From assembly GCA_964016885.1 (NCBI GenBank), contig OZ024741.1:235848001-235912000 (forward strand): DNA of 64,000 nucleotides, in the 5' to 3' direction. The stretch is from Eledone cirrhosa. Lineage: Eukaryota. Positions within the stretch are counted from its first letter, which is position 1. Every line of letters starts with the position of its first letter. This document shows positions 40,960 to 54,379 of the stretch, in pieces. The notes under the pieces are model-generated. The model did not search any database and was not told where the DNA came from. It saw only the letters and a list, made by a program, of their open reading frames with translations. The translations under genes and the position numbers were made by a program.

Positions 40960-41258
40960 TAGCTGAAGCATATAGACAATATGCTCCCACTGCAGAGTGG
41001 TCGTGGAGGTGCCATGGCAAAAATGCACCCAGCCCACACTGTAAAGTAGACGTGTAGGCGCCATGGAAAAAAGCACTCAGCACTCACTGTAAATGAGGTT
41101 GGTGTTAGGAAGGGCATCCAGCTGTAGAAATCAAGCCAGAATCAGTTCCCGTATGAGCAAGACAAGGTCAGCCGACCGGACACTGCCCACAACAGGACAA
41201 CTCATCTAACCCATGCTAGCGTGGAAGAATGGGTGTAAAACGGTAATGATGATGATGA
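40960..41258 (+). mobile_element. RTE 3' UTR/tail copy
   Basis: Tandem units plus AGGAAGGGCATCCAGCTGTAGAAA and (TGA)n; inverted homologue of 62309-62640. Confidence 0.85.
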
Positions 41259-41416
41259 GCACAGGTAGAAAGTAACTATATGGATATATATATATATTAT
41301 GTGTGTGTATACATATAAACATAGTTAACTAGAGAGAATTAAAATATATTCAAGCTCAATGTGTTTGTTATAAAAGAGATTTCAGTTAAGAGAATGGTGA
41401 TATATATACCATAGAG

Positions 41417-41801
41417 CATAAACAAAAATATCAGATGATGGAATAGATTTGTTAAATCATTTATTGCCTTACAATTGTTTCAATAGAGCAGTCAAATCAT
41501 ACTAATAAAATAAAAAGGAAAAAATACATATTAAACATAGCTAAATATAAGTGATTGCAGTATATCTTCAGAGGCATTAATTAGAAGCAGTGACTAATAA
41601 AAGCAAGCCCAAAGGGGAAAGGAAATGTGTTCATCAATTGAAAGCTACAATTTAAATGATATACTTAGCTATGTTCAATATAAACTTTTCCATTTTTATT
41701 ATATTGTCCTAGCATTAATATGATTTGGCTGCTGTATTGAAACAATTATAAGGTAATAAATGATTTAAGAAATCTATTCTATCATCTGAATTTGTTATAT
41801 G
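41417..41801. repeat. Long imperfect inverted repeat with a hammerhead-like core on the minus arm
   Basis: Arms 41417-41570 and 41640-41801; minus strand reads GCCT-CTGAAGA-(83 nt)-GAAAC-AATT-GTA-AGGC. Confidence 0.8.
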
Positions 41802-41814
41802 TGTGTATGTATTT

Positions 41815-42005
41815 GATTGTTTCTACTTTTGGCACAAGGCCAGCAATTATCCCAGTGTATTACTGGTGCTTTATTTTATCGACCCCTTAAGGATGAAAGG
41901 CAAAGTTAACCTCAGCGGGATTTGGACTCAGACCATAAAGAGCCGTAACTCTATGCTGCAAAGCATGGCGTCCGACCCTCTACCGATACTGCCAATCCAC
42001 CACCC
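41815..42005 (-). mobile_element. tRNA-derived SINE (family 1)
   Basis: Same subfamily as the copies at 24327 and 25878. Confidence 0.9.
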
Positions 42006-42765
42006 TGTATATGTATATAATGCCAAACACGGTTAGGAGGACCCTCCAGATATGTCAAAGACATGACAACCTCTCTAATGCTGATGCCCTGATAAAATGC
42101 ACTTGGTAGAACATTGAAACACATGTAAGCGAGATGCAAACCCCCCAGCCTGTCTGGGAGGTCAATGGCTTCGCTTCAGTACAGACACAGCCTGTGAAAA
42201 CCCATCCAACACTTTCTAGTAGGAAAAATGGACGTTAAATGATGATATTATATATAACTGGATGATCATGCTGGTGTGCCTTTTGATCATAGGTCTGCTT
42301 TGTTACAGCTGTGCTGGGGCTAAACAGGGACAGCAATGCCACTGCTATCATCCATATCAACTATACCAAAGCTATGATCCTTATGAACAATGTCACTCCC
42401 ACACCCATCAACATTATCACTACCACCCCCATTAATAACTTCACTAACATCATCACCAACAGTATCACCACCAACCTAACCCTTATTATTGAACAGATTT
42501 ATGACAGAAGGCATTCCAACCCAGAGCATTGAGATTCTATGACTACATTATCCAATGTGTCTCTTTTTTCAAGTAGATTGTGGGAGTTTGCCTGCTATTT
42601 CTAACATTGCTGGCTCATTAACTCTAGTTGAGTGGTTAAGAAGTTTGCTTCACAACCAAGTGGCTTTTGTTGATCTAGAGCAAAGGTTCTCACCGGGGGG
42701 GGGGGGGCGTTTTGGAGCAAGGGGGGACGCTGAAGGCTCTTTACTCAGGTAAGTTTTATAACCCA

Positions 42766-43030
42766 CTAGCATTAAAGCCCGGCGTTGCTCGGGGTCATTA
42801 AGTTACCAAAGTTAGGTTGCACCACCCATTTTATGGCAGCACTTTTTTGTCTGCCAGGCACTGGGTGAATGAATTGCAGACCTGGAAGCATGAGCTGCGC
42901 CAGCAGTGACAATTGTAGTTTCGCCTATGGATATTATCTCTGTGCAAAAAAGTGTTGAAATTTATTGTTTCACAGTACTTGCGCAACACGCGCGTAGACG
43001 ATGCCAGCCGAACAACAGAGCTGCGATGGA
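42766..43030 (-). mobile_element. Helitron 3' end
   Basis: Minus strand CCCGAGCAACGCCGGG hairpin plus CTAG|T, matching the end motif at 7040-7067; 5' extent uncertain. Confidence 0.65.
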
Positions 43031-44203
43031 GTTGTTCTGCATGGTTGTCTGTGTGTTTTCTAAATTTAAGACAGTAGGGAGGGTTGTGATATGAGGGAGA
43101 GTTAGCTGTTGTTTCTAGCAGGTTTAGTGACCTCATAGAGGATATGTGTTTTCTAAATTTAAGACAGTAGGGAGTGGTGTGAACGGACAGTATCACCATC
43201 AAGCTTGGAAAGAGAAAGTAGCAGAAAGTATGAAGTTGTATATATTTTGAATGGTAGTAGAAAGAGTTCAGCAGTTTAAATGAGAGAGAAAAATCGTAAA
43301 ATATTGAGTTTTATCTATTTTTTGCATAATTGTGGGTGAAATTGAAAAAATTATCTGCGTCAAGACGCAATCGAAGCTATTTCGAATACTGAATTGTAAA
43401 TTTCAATTGAAGAAATTCTATATCGTAGATTTCTATAACGAAGGAGCATGACCACACACTGAGCTTTATAGATTATGATATTTGTATGTCTCTGAGACAG
43501 CCAGTGTGAATACATTTGAATGAAAACGAAAAAAATAAATGAAAGAAGCTTGTCAACGAATTCCCTAAGGAGATAAAAGAAATCAAAGAAAATGTAAATA
43601 AGGACAACATAAACTTTGACAACAGTTACAAGAACAACAGAAACGACAAGAAAAAGAACCAATGGTGATGAAAGGTGTGGGTGTATACATATACATACAA
43701 TCATACACACACATGCATACGTACATACATACACACACATATATACACACACAGGCCGGCGTTGGTGTTTGATTTGATGAGGTTGAAATGCTGTGTGATA
43801 TTTAATCTCCTTAGGTAATAAAATCTGGAGGCAAAATTCTCTCCTTACCAAAAAATAAACAAATCATGTCAACATATACACACACTTAAATATAAATGCA
43901 TGTATATATACAAATGTATAAATGCATAGCTATATACATACATAAATGTATGTATGTATGTAGATTTATATATATATATTATATATACACACACAGACAC
44001 ACATATACATATATATATTTTCTTTTTTCAGCCTGTCTAACTCTGGTGGTAGGGTCGGTAAAATCCATAGAGAAGTTCTGTGTTTCACTGAATTAATTCT
44101 TCAGATATTAGGTATTAAAAACAGAGTTATAAAGTAACTTGACTTTTTTTTTTTATTTTCATTGTTAATTTGATAACACACACACACACGCATATATTTA
44201 TAT

Positions 44204-44450
44204 GCGCAGTGTGACAAGAACCTTGCTTCCCAACCACATGTTTCCGGGTTCAGTCCCACTGCCCAGGCCGACCATAGCCCTGTGAGTGGATTTGATAGAC
44301 CGAAACTAAAAGAAGCGCGTCGTATATATGTCTGTGTGTCTTTGCGTTTGTGTTTGCCCTCCGACCAATGCTTGTTGGTTTGTTGACGTCTCCATAACTT
44401 ACCAAGGTGATGCTCCAGCATGGGCGTAGTCCAGAGACAGAAAAAAAGTA
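44204..44450 (+). mobile_element. CORE-like tRNA-derived SINE (family 2), internally deleted
   Basis: GCTTCCCAACCACATG..GGGTTCAGTCCCACTG..GTGAGTGGATTTG..GAAACT..GCTCCAGCATGG. Confidence 0.75.
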
Positions 44451-44488
44451 AAATGTATATATATGTGTGTGTGTGTGTGTGTGTAGAA

Positions 44489-44863
44489 AAGGGGGTCTCA
44501 AACTGAAGGACAAACTGTGCCTCTCCTGGAGGAGAGGCACAGTGGACCAAACGTGGTGGTGGATGATGATTTTCACCAGTTATAAACATTTCTAGTATAG
44601 GCACAAGGCATGAAATTTAGGGTTTAGGATCCCGTCGATTACATCGATCACAGTTCACAACTGGTACTTAATTTATCGACCCCAAAAGGATGAAAGGCAA
44701 AGTTGAGATCGGCGGAATTTGAACTTGGAACGTAAAAACGGAAGAAGTACCGCTAAGCATTTTGCCAGATGCGCTAACGATTCCACCAGCTCACCGCCTT
44801 ATTTTCACCAGTTATAATGGAATCTGAAATATTGGTTCGCGGGCCGCATGTTTGAGTCCCTTG
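44489..44863. mobile_element. Short hAT-type MITE containing a SINE
   Basis: Ends AGGGGGTCTCAAAC and GCGGGCCGCATGTTTGAGTCCCTTG; TSD not convincing. Confidence 0.55.
44586..44800 (-). mobile_element. tRNA-derived SINE (family 1) with a perfect 17-bp TSD
   Basis: ATTTTCACCAGTTATAA at 44569-44585 and 44801-44817. Confidence 0.95.
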
Positions 44864-44884
44864 TTGGAGAGATAGATAGTGAGA

Positions 44885-47170
44885 TATCTTTCTTTATTTG
44901 CCATAGGGGCATACAAAAATGGGACATTACAAGACATGACGGCGGGGGTTTTACATAAAATCTTTAACAATGATAAATAACAATAAACTATATAAAAATA
45001 AAACAACTGAAATCCCCATTAGGGGAGGGGGGTAACGCTACTGCGGCGTTGTTTTACACACCATGGATAGAACAACCCTCAACACCAGGAACACGTTTTG
45101 TAGGTGTTCCCATCTTCCCTCTGTTTATCTACCTCAACCTACAAGTTTATATACAGAGAAGGCCCATTCACCCGGGCCATTTTTGCCACATTCACTGCCC
45201 TTTCAGTGAATTTACTGGGGTGTAGCACCTCTCTCTCCACTCTCACCTTCCTTCTGAAGAGGTATTTAAAGAAGGGGATGAGTTGTTGTCCAGAGAGAAA
45301 GGTGTTTGCCCTCAGTCCTTTTAACCTCGTCCACCATATTACCTCTTTCGCCATAGCCACCAGACAGAGGAAGACCGCCTCTCCTTCATTCTTAAATGAA
45401 GGCGGCGGGGTGATCCTCACGATGGACTCGGCTGACAACTGGATGCATCCTACATGTGACAGTAGCTGTTCGACATAATTCCACAGGGCGGTCACCCCTG
45501 GGCACTGAACAATTGCGTGCAGAACGGTTTCGATGTCCTGCTCGCATCTTGGACAAGTGCTTTTGGCAGAATCTCTGCCAGGACGTCCGTGCCTATAGAT
45601 TTTGTCTCGAACTGGTAGAGCTCCTCGGTAGCACTGCCAGGCCAGAGACCTCTGGAAGTTATCCATAGGCCCTGGACGGAAAGTCCTCTCGAACAAACTG
45701 GTCAGTTCGTCTTCCTCGATGCCTAGAGTTTCCCCGAGAACGTCGTCGCACTTATCCTCCACTAATCCCCTATAGAATGTCAAAGTGGAGTCTCCGCTGA
45801 TTTCTGTTTCCGCTTGGTAGAGGGCTGTGAGCGCCTGAAGGCACTCGAGGTGCCAGGTGCCCATTTTCGGTCTTCGCTTGACCCAGGACTGCAGCTCTGT
45901 TAGTGAGACGGGTTGTGGAAGAGCTTGTCTCACAAAGGACAGCCTCGCCGGTTCGCTGGTCAGGAACACCTGGAGATGGCGTAGCCTCAGAGTGTGTTTG
46001 CGCATCATCAACCATGGCATGCCCAGCCCTCCGTAAGAAGGGTGTTGACAGCAGATGGATCTCCTCACCAATGGAGCCTGTTTCTTCCAGAGGAACTTGA
46101 AGAATAGGCGTTCCATTTTGGTGAGGTATTTGCGGGGACAAGGGATGACTATCAAATAGTAGTAGATGACGGACATTGTGTAAGTGTTCGCCACCTCCGC
46201 TCAACCTTTCAAGGAGAGTTTGCACTCAGCCCACTTCTGGGTTAGTGCAAACACCTTCGCCGTGACCTCATTCCAGTTCTTGTCCACCTGGAGGTTGGAC
46301 CAAACCAGACCCCAAGCAATTTCACCGGTCCTTCCGTCCAGCGTCCAACGACACTGTCGGAAACCATGGGTTTGCCTCTCCATGTGCCGAGTTGCAAACC
46401 GACAGACTTGTTTGGGTTTAGTCTTGCTCCTGTCAACGTTTCGTATTCCTGTAATAGGTTGCCGATTACCCCGATGTCCGAGGTTTTCAATACTATTACG
46501 GTTACGTTGTTGGCATAGTCCGACGCTGCTTTCCGCAATCCTGGTTTGATCGGGATACTCTGCAACAGCTCCAACTTCCGCAGTAATGGCTTGAGAGTCA
46601 ATACATACAAAATGGACGAGAGAGGGCACCCCTGACGGATGGAACGCATGATTTGGAATGGCTCCGATGGGTAGCCATTCACCTTGACTGCCGAGCAGAT
46701 GGTGGTGTGCATGGCAGCGATCCAGCCTCTGAAGACGGGACCGAAGCCGGCCGACTTGAGAACCACTTCCAAGTATTGATGGTCGACCCTATCAAATGCC
46801 TTAGACTGATCTAAATTGATCAGAGCCCCACCGAAGCCAGGTTTACACCCTACCCTCTCTATGATGTATCGCATGAGGTGGAGGTTGTCGTGTATGGACC
46901 TGTTTGGGATTGCACATGTTTGCGCTTCCCCTACCAGATTTCCGACGACAAGCGCCAGCCTCGCTGCTAACACCTTGGCTAAAATCTTTAACTCTGTGTT
47001 GGGTCTGAAATTGCTTATCTCATCCCCCTTGTTCTCACTTTTCCTGATCAGCGTTACTACGCCTCTGCCTACAGAACTGGGAATCCTCCCGTTCTGCTGC
47101 CAGTTGCAGTAGACTGCTTCGAGGACACCAGAGAACAAGTCTGGCATGCCTATGTAAAACTCAGGGTAGA
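44885..47170 (-). mobile_element. 5'-truncated Tx1/L1-clade LINE
   Basis: RT motifs LDQSKAFDRVDH, IRQGCPLS, YANN (decayed YADD), KLLGVWF; C-terminal CPRC-x7-LHAIVQC zinc knuckle; 3' UTR ending in AATAAA. Confidence 0.93.
45139..47168 (-). pseudogene. Tx1-like ORF2 remnant (RT plus C-terminal CCHC), frameshifted near 46200-46300
   Basis: ORFs 46242-47351 (real part begins near 47168) and 45139-46194. Confidence 0.88.
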
Positions 47171-47237
47171 AGATAGATAGATAGATAGATATGTACCAAA
47201 CACACACACACACATTTCTTACTCTCTCTTCCTCTCC

Positions 47238-47351
<114 letters not shown>

Positions 47352-48445
47352 TATGAAGAGAGAAGAAACATTTAGATATAATTAGTAATAAAATGTATCA
47401 TACCTAAACTGCTCCTAAATTCCTCGACTACGTAGTTTCGTGGCATAAACAAAAACAATATATCATAAAGACATAGAGTCCTTGCGAGGTCTGCCGACTT
47501 ATCAAGAGGATACCTCATTTTACTAGTCTCAAGAACGCGTCTACACGACGTGAGAAAGAATCCCAAAAGGCGGAGGGGGAGATAGTCACGCGATATAACG
47601 GTCGAGAAACAGAGCTAAGCCTCTTATAACCCCGAAGAAAATACCACGGAGGCGGAGGGGGTATTTATATCGAGGCCGCAGAAGAGGTGGTGAAGAAGGC
47701 GAGAAGTATATATATATATTATATATATATATACATATATATATATGGCGTTGTTATTTGACGTTGAAAAGAGCAGTGGCCTCTGACTCGGCAATAAAAA
47801 CTGGAGACAAAATTCTTTCTGTATCAAAAACATGGCACACACAGATACACACACACACAAGTGTGTGTGTGTGCATGCGTGTATGTGTGTATCTATCTAT
47901 GTATATATATATATATATAAGGGATACAGATATTGTTTGCTCACTGTCACTAAGCATCTCAATTCATTCATTGCAACTAAGTTTGTGATTGAGGCACTTT
48001 ATTTTGCAAGGTACTATTTTTCCCTTGAGTTTGTGATTCCAGAGAAAGGTAAGAAATTCTTCGTATTTTGCATCTTTTGTATTTTGACTTTACAGTTTGA
48101 ATTGTAGAATTGTCTATCCACTCAAAATATTAAACAGCTAACAGTGAAATATAGAATTTAAAAAAAAAGAAGCTTTTTCGACAGATCAAATCTTTGAGAA
48201 CATTCACGTCTATTTTTCAAAAATATATAATTTGAAATAGTTTACTTTTGTTTTGGACTTTAACTTTTTTGTATTTAATTCGTATGAGTATTTTTTAAAG
48301 ATTCTAACATAACTTGATTTGGCCCAGTAATCTACTGATATCAAGGTCAGTAGTATATTGAAAAATGGAAAAATAGGTAGGGAGACGTTTCGTGATTTCG
48401 AGGGGCAAAAGGGGGCATTTGGCCGAAATGGGTTGAGAACCTTTG

Positions 48446-49568
48446 ATCTAGAGGAAGCCTTTGACAGAACACCATGATCTGTCATCTGGTGGCCGTTGAG
48501 AAAATTAAATGTAGAAGAGTGGCTTGTGAGAATAGTGCTTGTTATGTCAGTAAAGTGAGAGTAGAAAGTTTAGTGAGGAATTCAAGGTACAGATAAGAGT
48601 GCATGAGGGTTCAATCCTCAACCCACTTCTGTTTATTATAGTCCCCCAGACCATAACAAAGAAGTTTTAAAGTGGCTGTCCTTAGGAACTTCTTTATGCT
48701 AATGATCTAGTTCTCATAGCAAAATCTGTGGAGGAACTACAGAATAAATTTCAACTGTGGGAAACAGAAATGAGAATCCAAAGAGTCTTTGATTACATCA
48801 GGGAAGTGGCCTTGCTCGATATGTAGAAAAGGAGTAGACATAGATTCTGTACAATGTATACAATACAAATCTTGGGTACATGAGAGGTGTAGTAGGATAG
48901 CATGCAGACTAACAGGAAAGATGACTTTATATGTAGTAGATGTTCAAATACAATTCATAGTAAAAGTGCCAGTGATATAAACCTTTTTCAATACTAGGAA
49001 GTATCCATAGAAGTGGTTGATAGCTTCTACTGCATAGGTGGTACAATTAACAGTGGAGGAGGGTGCTCTGTGAATATAGTAGCTAGAAATTGGACATGCC
49101 AGAAGAAGTTTAGTGAGCTACTACCACTTTTGACAAAAAAATGGTCTTCCCTTATAACTGAAAGATTGGTTGTACAACACCTGTGTGCAAGATGCGATGC
49201 TGCATGATAGAGAGATATGGACAGTGAACGTAGAGGATATGTGATGGTTGGAGAAAAATAAGCAAGCATGCTTTAATGGATTTGCAATATAATATGCATG
49301 AACGATAAAGTACAGATGAACTGAGTGAGAAATTTGGTATAAGAGGAACCTGATATAGTTGGCAAGAAAGAAAACTGCACTGGTATGGATGTGATGATCA
49401 TGGGTGAAGAAGTGCCAAGAAATCCTAGTTGAAGGAAGCTGCTGGTGGAGAGTTTGAAGATCACAGAGATATGGTGAAGGAACATGATATGCGGAAATAT
49501 GCTGTGCTGAAAAAGACATGTCTAACCCATGCAAACTTGAAACAGCAGACATAAAATGATGATGATGG
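48446..49568 (+). mobile_element. Degenerate RTE LINE; its 5' stub is at 42661-42680
   Basis: DLEEAFDR, ELLYANDLVLIA, GKWPCSICRKGV and (TGA)n tail. Confidence 0.88.
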
Positions 49569-49799
49569 TATATTAAGCAATTATCTTCCTGTATAGCCTC
49601 AGGTTGTCCAATGCCTTGTGTGTGAAATTTGGTAGTCAGAAACTGTGTGGAAACCCATTTTATGCATGTGTTTACATATACACTTCTTAACAGAGCTAAT
49701 TATGTCACATAACCTTGTGGTTCAACAAATAGAGATTGATAAAATAAGTGAAACCTGTAAATGAAACACTTTAAGCCAGTACCTCCATCACACCTACAA

Positions 49800-51565
49800 A
49801 TATAGTAGTGGCCATAATGGACTTCATCCTTCACTTCAAACTCATCACTGTTCCTGTCCTTTATCCTTATGACTGTGCACATTTTCCCTTATCTTTTCAT
49901 CTCCATTCAAACCAGCCATTCCTCCACTCCACTCCTAAGTCTTTCAATGCCCATATCACTACTTTATATAGAAACTTATTGAAAGCTTTCTCCAGATCAA
50001 GAAACCCCCTTGACTTGTACTTCTGTAACTGCCTCTAAATACAAATTGCATCAGTTTCTTTGGCATAATTCCAAACTGCATTTCACCAATCTTTACTTCA
50101 TTCCTTATCCTCTTCTCTATCACTCTTGCCAATATATTCACTCCATGTTCCAATAGCTCAATTTCTCTATATGAGCCACAGCTGATTCCCCTGTATAGAG
50201 TAATGAGAGTACTCAAATCCCAATCTACTGGAATCTGGTCTTCATTCACTATCAACCTACAAATCTGTCATCCTCATCAAACCCCAACTAATATATCTCC
50301 TGTCGACTCTTCTACCCTTCCCCTCTCAAAGCTTCCTCAATTTCCTTCTCAAGCAACTCCTCAGCCACCAATAACTTCTAACAAACCATCTTTCAGAGCC
50401 TTCCTAACACATTCAAGTTCATTTGTATCACCTCCCACCATATTCAGATTCCCTCTCACAGTTGCCTCTTTTAACAATTTTTACCATATTTCTAATGAAA
50501 TACACTGCCCATGTGTTTCAACTATTTTTGAAAATAATCAAGGATTTGGAGGAATAACTCTTTCATTAGTAAGCTGATATTTAGAACATTACTTTATATT
50601 TTTTTAAATAAAATTATAATATAAGGATTGTATAAGCATTTTAAAATGGGTATCATAATTGCGGGGCGGTTTGGTATCAAAAAGGTTCCACACTTTTAGC
50701 CTTGCTTGATATCTCCTCCACTGAGCTCTTCTCTCATCTTTCAACCATCAGCTCACAGACAACTAGATTGTGCTATGTAACAATCTCTTCCTGTGTCATA
50801 ACTTTTGTATCACAAAGGTTCCTCCTATCTCATCCCCATATCATCAAGCAGTCAGCAATTGACAACGACCCAGCCAATTTATATGTTTGTTGTCTTCTTT
50901 CAGGGATTGGGTGTTACAAATAAACATCTCAATAGAGATTGACATATCAGCTCCAGCAGGAAACTCAAAAATACTTTCACCTATTCCATTCCTCACGCCA
51001 AACATTGCCCTAATGGACTTCCTCAAAACTATCCATACTTCTTCACTCATGTCCATTCAAATCCTCTCTTACCACAATAACCTCTTCATTTTTCCTGTTT
51101 ACAAGTATCTTTTCTATTATACATCACAATTTGTCTTTCAATTTGACACTCTGATCTGCTTGTGGGTGATGTCTTTAGATGATGTCCACCAAGAACTTTC
51201 CAATCATCAGTTTTACTATTACCAACTGTTCACTCACTTGCCACACTGCCTACAAACTCTACAGAAATCAAGACACCAACTCCATGTACACCTTTGTCAC
51301 AAAAACTTGTACTTCTCTCCTTGTCTTCCCTTCAAAATTCTCATACCACTCCTGTTCCATCTTGCCTCCACCATTTCTTCTCATTTTCCTGTCATCATCC
51401 CAAACCTCATATACCAGCCTCCCCAAGGAACATCAGACACTTGGCCTCACTAAATGAACTCCTTACTTTGACCAGGTTCTTCACCTTGAATTTTGAAGAG
51501 TGGGGTGGGGACCTTCACATGGTACACAGGCTCTACCCTGCCCAAATGTTATACTTGCCATGAGG
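49800..51565 (-). mobile_element. Old degenerate RTE-type LINE, interrupted by a piggyBac-type MITE at about 50470-50686
   Basis: IPVDWDLSTLITLY..SYREIELLEH..VIEKRIR..MQFG. Confidence 0.8.
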
Positions 51566-51714
51566 TTCTTTTTGCAGCATTGTTTTATATATATCTATGA
51601 TCAATATTTTTTTTTAAATTAAGAAATGTAAGTCTGCTTCACTCCTGGTAACACGTGCAATGAAAACAAAAATGAGCTAAAACTGGTTACGTATCCAGGT
51701 ACAGAAAATGTATA

Positions 51715-52070
51715 TCATCATCACCATTTAAGAACTATTTTCCATGCTTGCATGAGTCTAACGGATGCTGGGTGCTGAGGCCAGACTAGTTATATGACAA
51801 GATCTTGCTCGTACACTTTGTTTTCGCTTATTGCCCTTTTGCTAGATGCCCTTCCTAACACCAATCACTTTACAGCATGTACTGGGAGCATGGTTTCTAC
51901 CACTAGATACACTTCCTAATGCCAACCACTTTACAGCATGTACTGGGAGCATGGTTTCTACCACTAGATACACTTCCTAATGCCAACCACTTTACAGTGT
52001 ACCAGGGGCATTTTATCATGACCTTATAGAGTAAGCTGGGTGCTTTTTGTCATGGCACCAGCAATACCAC
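51715..52070 (-). mobile_element. RTE 3' tail with a 61-bp tandem duplication
   Basis: CTAGATRCMCTTCCTAAYRCCAAYCACTTTACAG repeats at about 51842, 51903 and 51964. Confidence 0.75.
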
Positions 52071-52086
52071 CTTATATATATATTGG

Positions 52087-52308
52087 AAGATATGAGTCCC
52101 AAATGCAGAAAAAATGTAATAACAGTCAGTTATTATAGACAATAATTGAGAAAATTGGTTAAATTATTCTTAGAGATAAAAAAAAAAGAACAAAGGCGCC
52201 TACTATTTTCCATCTCTAAGTGTAATTTATCTAATTTTTTTGCAACTATTATCTATAGTGATTGATTGTTATTACAGTTTTGTTCTGTATTTGGGACTCT
52301 CACATCTT
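52087..52308. repeat. Imperfect inverted repeat with ~92-bp arms
   Basis: AAGATATGAGTCCCAAAT...CTTAGAGAT versus ATCTCTAAG...ATTTGGGACTCTCACATCTT. Confidence 0.85.
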
Positions 52309-54379
52309 TAAATTTCAAACATTCTCAGAACGTCAATAAGAAACTAAACCACACAACCGATAACAAAGGACTGTAAGGGCTGGCTAATGAAGACCTGGCC
52401 ACAAGCACACCATGTGATCATACCTATCCCTGTGTCCCTCTCTTTCCACTAGCCATGTCCCTCCAGTATCACTCCCCTGCTAAAGCCCTTAAATGCTCTC
52501 ACTATCGCACCCAAGCAGCAACTTTCTCTAACCCTGTGCACTTCTTAGTTATGTTCTCCATCACTACACTCCTCCCTCCCTTCTATTGACCACACCATCC
52601 ACAATTCCCACTATTATATCCCCTCTCCCCTATACAATCAATCACCCCTTCCCCTTACTCATCACTCTGTCAAATCACAACTTCATACCTATCACCCTTC
52701 TCTTCGACCTGCCCAACCCCATAGAGCAGAGAGGGCTCTTCAGTTGCGACTATGACCAATAACTTTATAGTCTTGACGATGCCATAAAAATGCACCCGGT
52801 ACGGTAAGGTGGTTGGCGATAGGAAGGGCACCCTGCTGTAGAAACCATGCCTAAAGGGTTGAGAAGACTCCTCATTTCTGTTAATAGCATAATCTCTCTC
52901 AAGTTGGTGACCAACACGATATACGCACTCAGTACATGTAAAGTGGATCCAGCTGTAGAAAGCTTGCCAAAGAAAGGATTGGGTGGACCCTGTATTTGTG
53001 TCAACTACATGGTAACCTCTTTAATGTTGGTGCCAAGATAAAATGCATTTGGAATAACGTGGAACGATAAATAAGCGAGATGTGAACCTCCGGCCTATCT
53101 CGGAGGTCAGTAGCCCCACTTCAGTTTCCTGGGAAAAAAGTCCTATGCAGCATGTTCGGGGGTAAGATTAGTTGGTAGCATACGGGAAAAAATACAGGCG
53201 GGGGGAAGAAGTGGTAAAGAAAACGGAGGGGCGGGGGGGTTAGCCTCCCCTTTCCGGGGAAAAACGGGCATAGGGCCATATTAGGAGGTAAATTTAATTG
53301 ATAGCACACGAAGGAAAAAAAAAACGAAGAATAAATATATATTTCCCACTGGAATCGGTGGGGATGTCTTTCTATAAAAATACCTGCTTTTTTCAGTGAA
53401 ATTTGATTGGCGAAAACTGCGGAAATCCACCGTATTCGTGTCTCTATGTTTTGCCTATAACTCGTAGCGATTCGACAAAAAGAGATCTTGAAAATATAAT
53501 GTAATTGGATCGATGAGATCGATTAAACCCCTTCTAGGCGTGGGTGCTGTAGCATTGTCACAATCAAATTATTGAAACGCATATAAGTAAAAAGAATTAC
53601 ACGCTCACACATTATCGTTTAACGTCCACTTTCCCTGCTACACATAATATATATATATAAATTTGTGTATGTGTGCACGTATTTGTCTGGGTTTGTTTAC
53701 ACAGGTCTAAAAAAAGCGGGTGTCGTTTATATTGTGCCCTTTTATTACATATAACTTAGCAGTTCAATAAAGTAGGTAGCATACTTTAAAATTTACAGAG
53801 GGTCAATATAAATTGAAACTGATCACCAGCATAGTGGGAGTCCTATAACTAAATATGGAGAGGTTTAAAGTAAACTGGTGGAACAGGGAACTACAGGGAC
53901 CTAGAAGTAGACTAACAAATAGATAAATATATATACAAACGAAAAGACAGACTAATACCCAGTCTTAGATACAGACATACTAATAGATTGATAGAAGACA
54001 AAAAAATAAGCAGATCGATAGATAGGATAATAAGACTTTATGAGACATATATATAGAGAGAGTAATATACTGGATAAGAGATCAACTAATGGAGAAGGAA
54101 AAACTAGTGGATCGATAGACAGGGGAGAAGAGACACAAAATGAAAAAATAAAAGGCTATGCGCGATGTGTTGTAGACCTGCGTTGGGAGTGAAGAAACTG
54201 GCTGAGAAGGGATAATTGGCTGGCAGTGATATAAAAAAAGGGGGTCAGAAGTGAAACTATTTAAAAAATGAAGATGGAGGGAAGATATAGCATCTGTGTA
54301 AGGGGATAGATGAATGATGTGAGGGGAGACGTATGCAGTAAAAATAAGAGGAAAGGAGAAGCAATACATGTATTGGAAT

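Noticed and set aside
53120-53460. GC box and CCAAT-like motif as a promoter
   Set aside because: The ATTGG lies in a decayed family-2 SINE, and the GC box sits between two diverged ~70-bp direct repeats with no linked exon.
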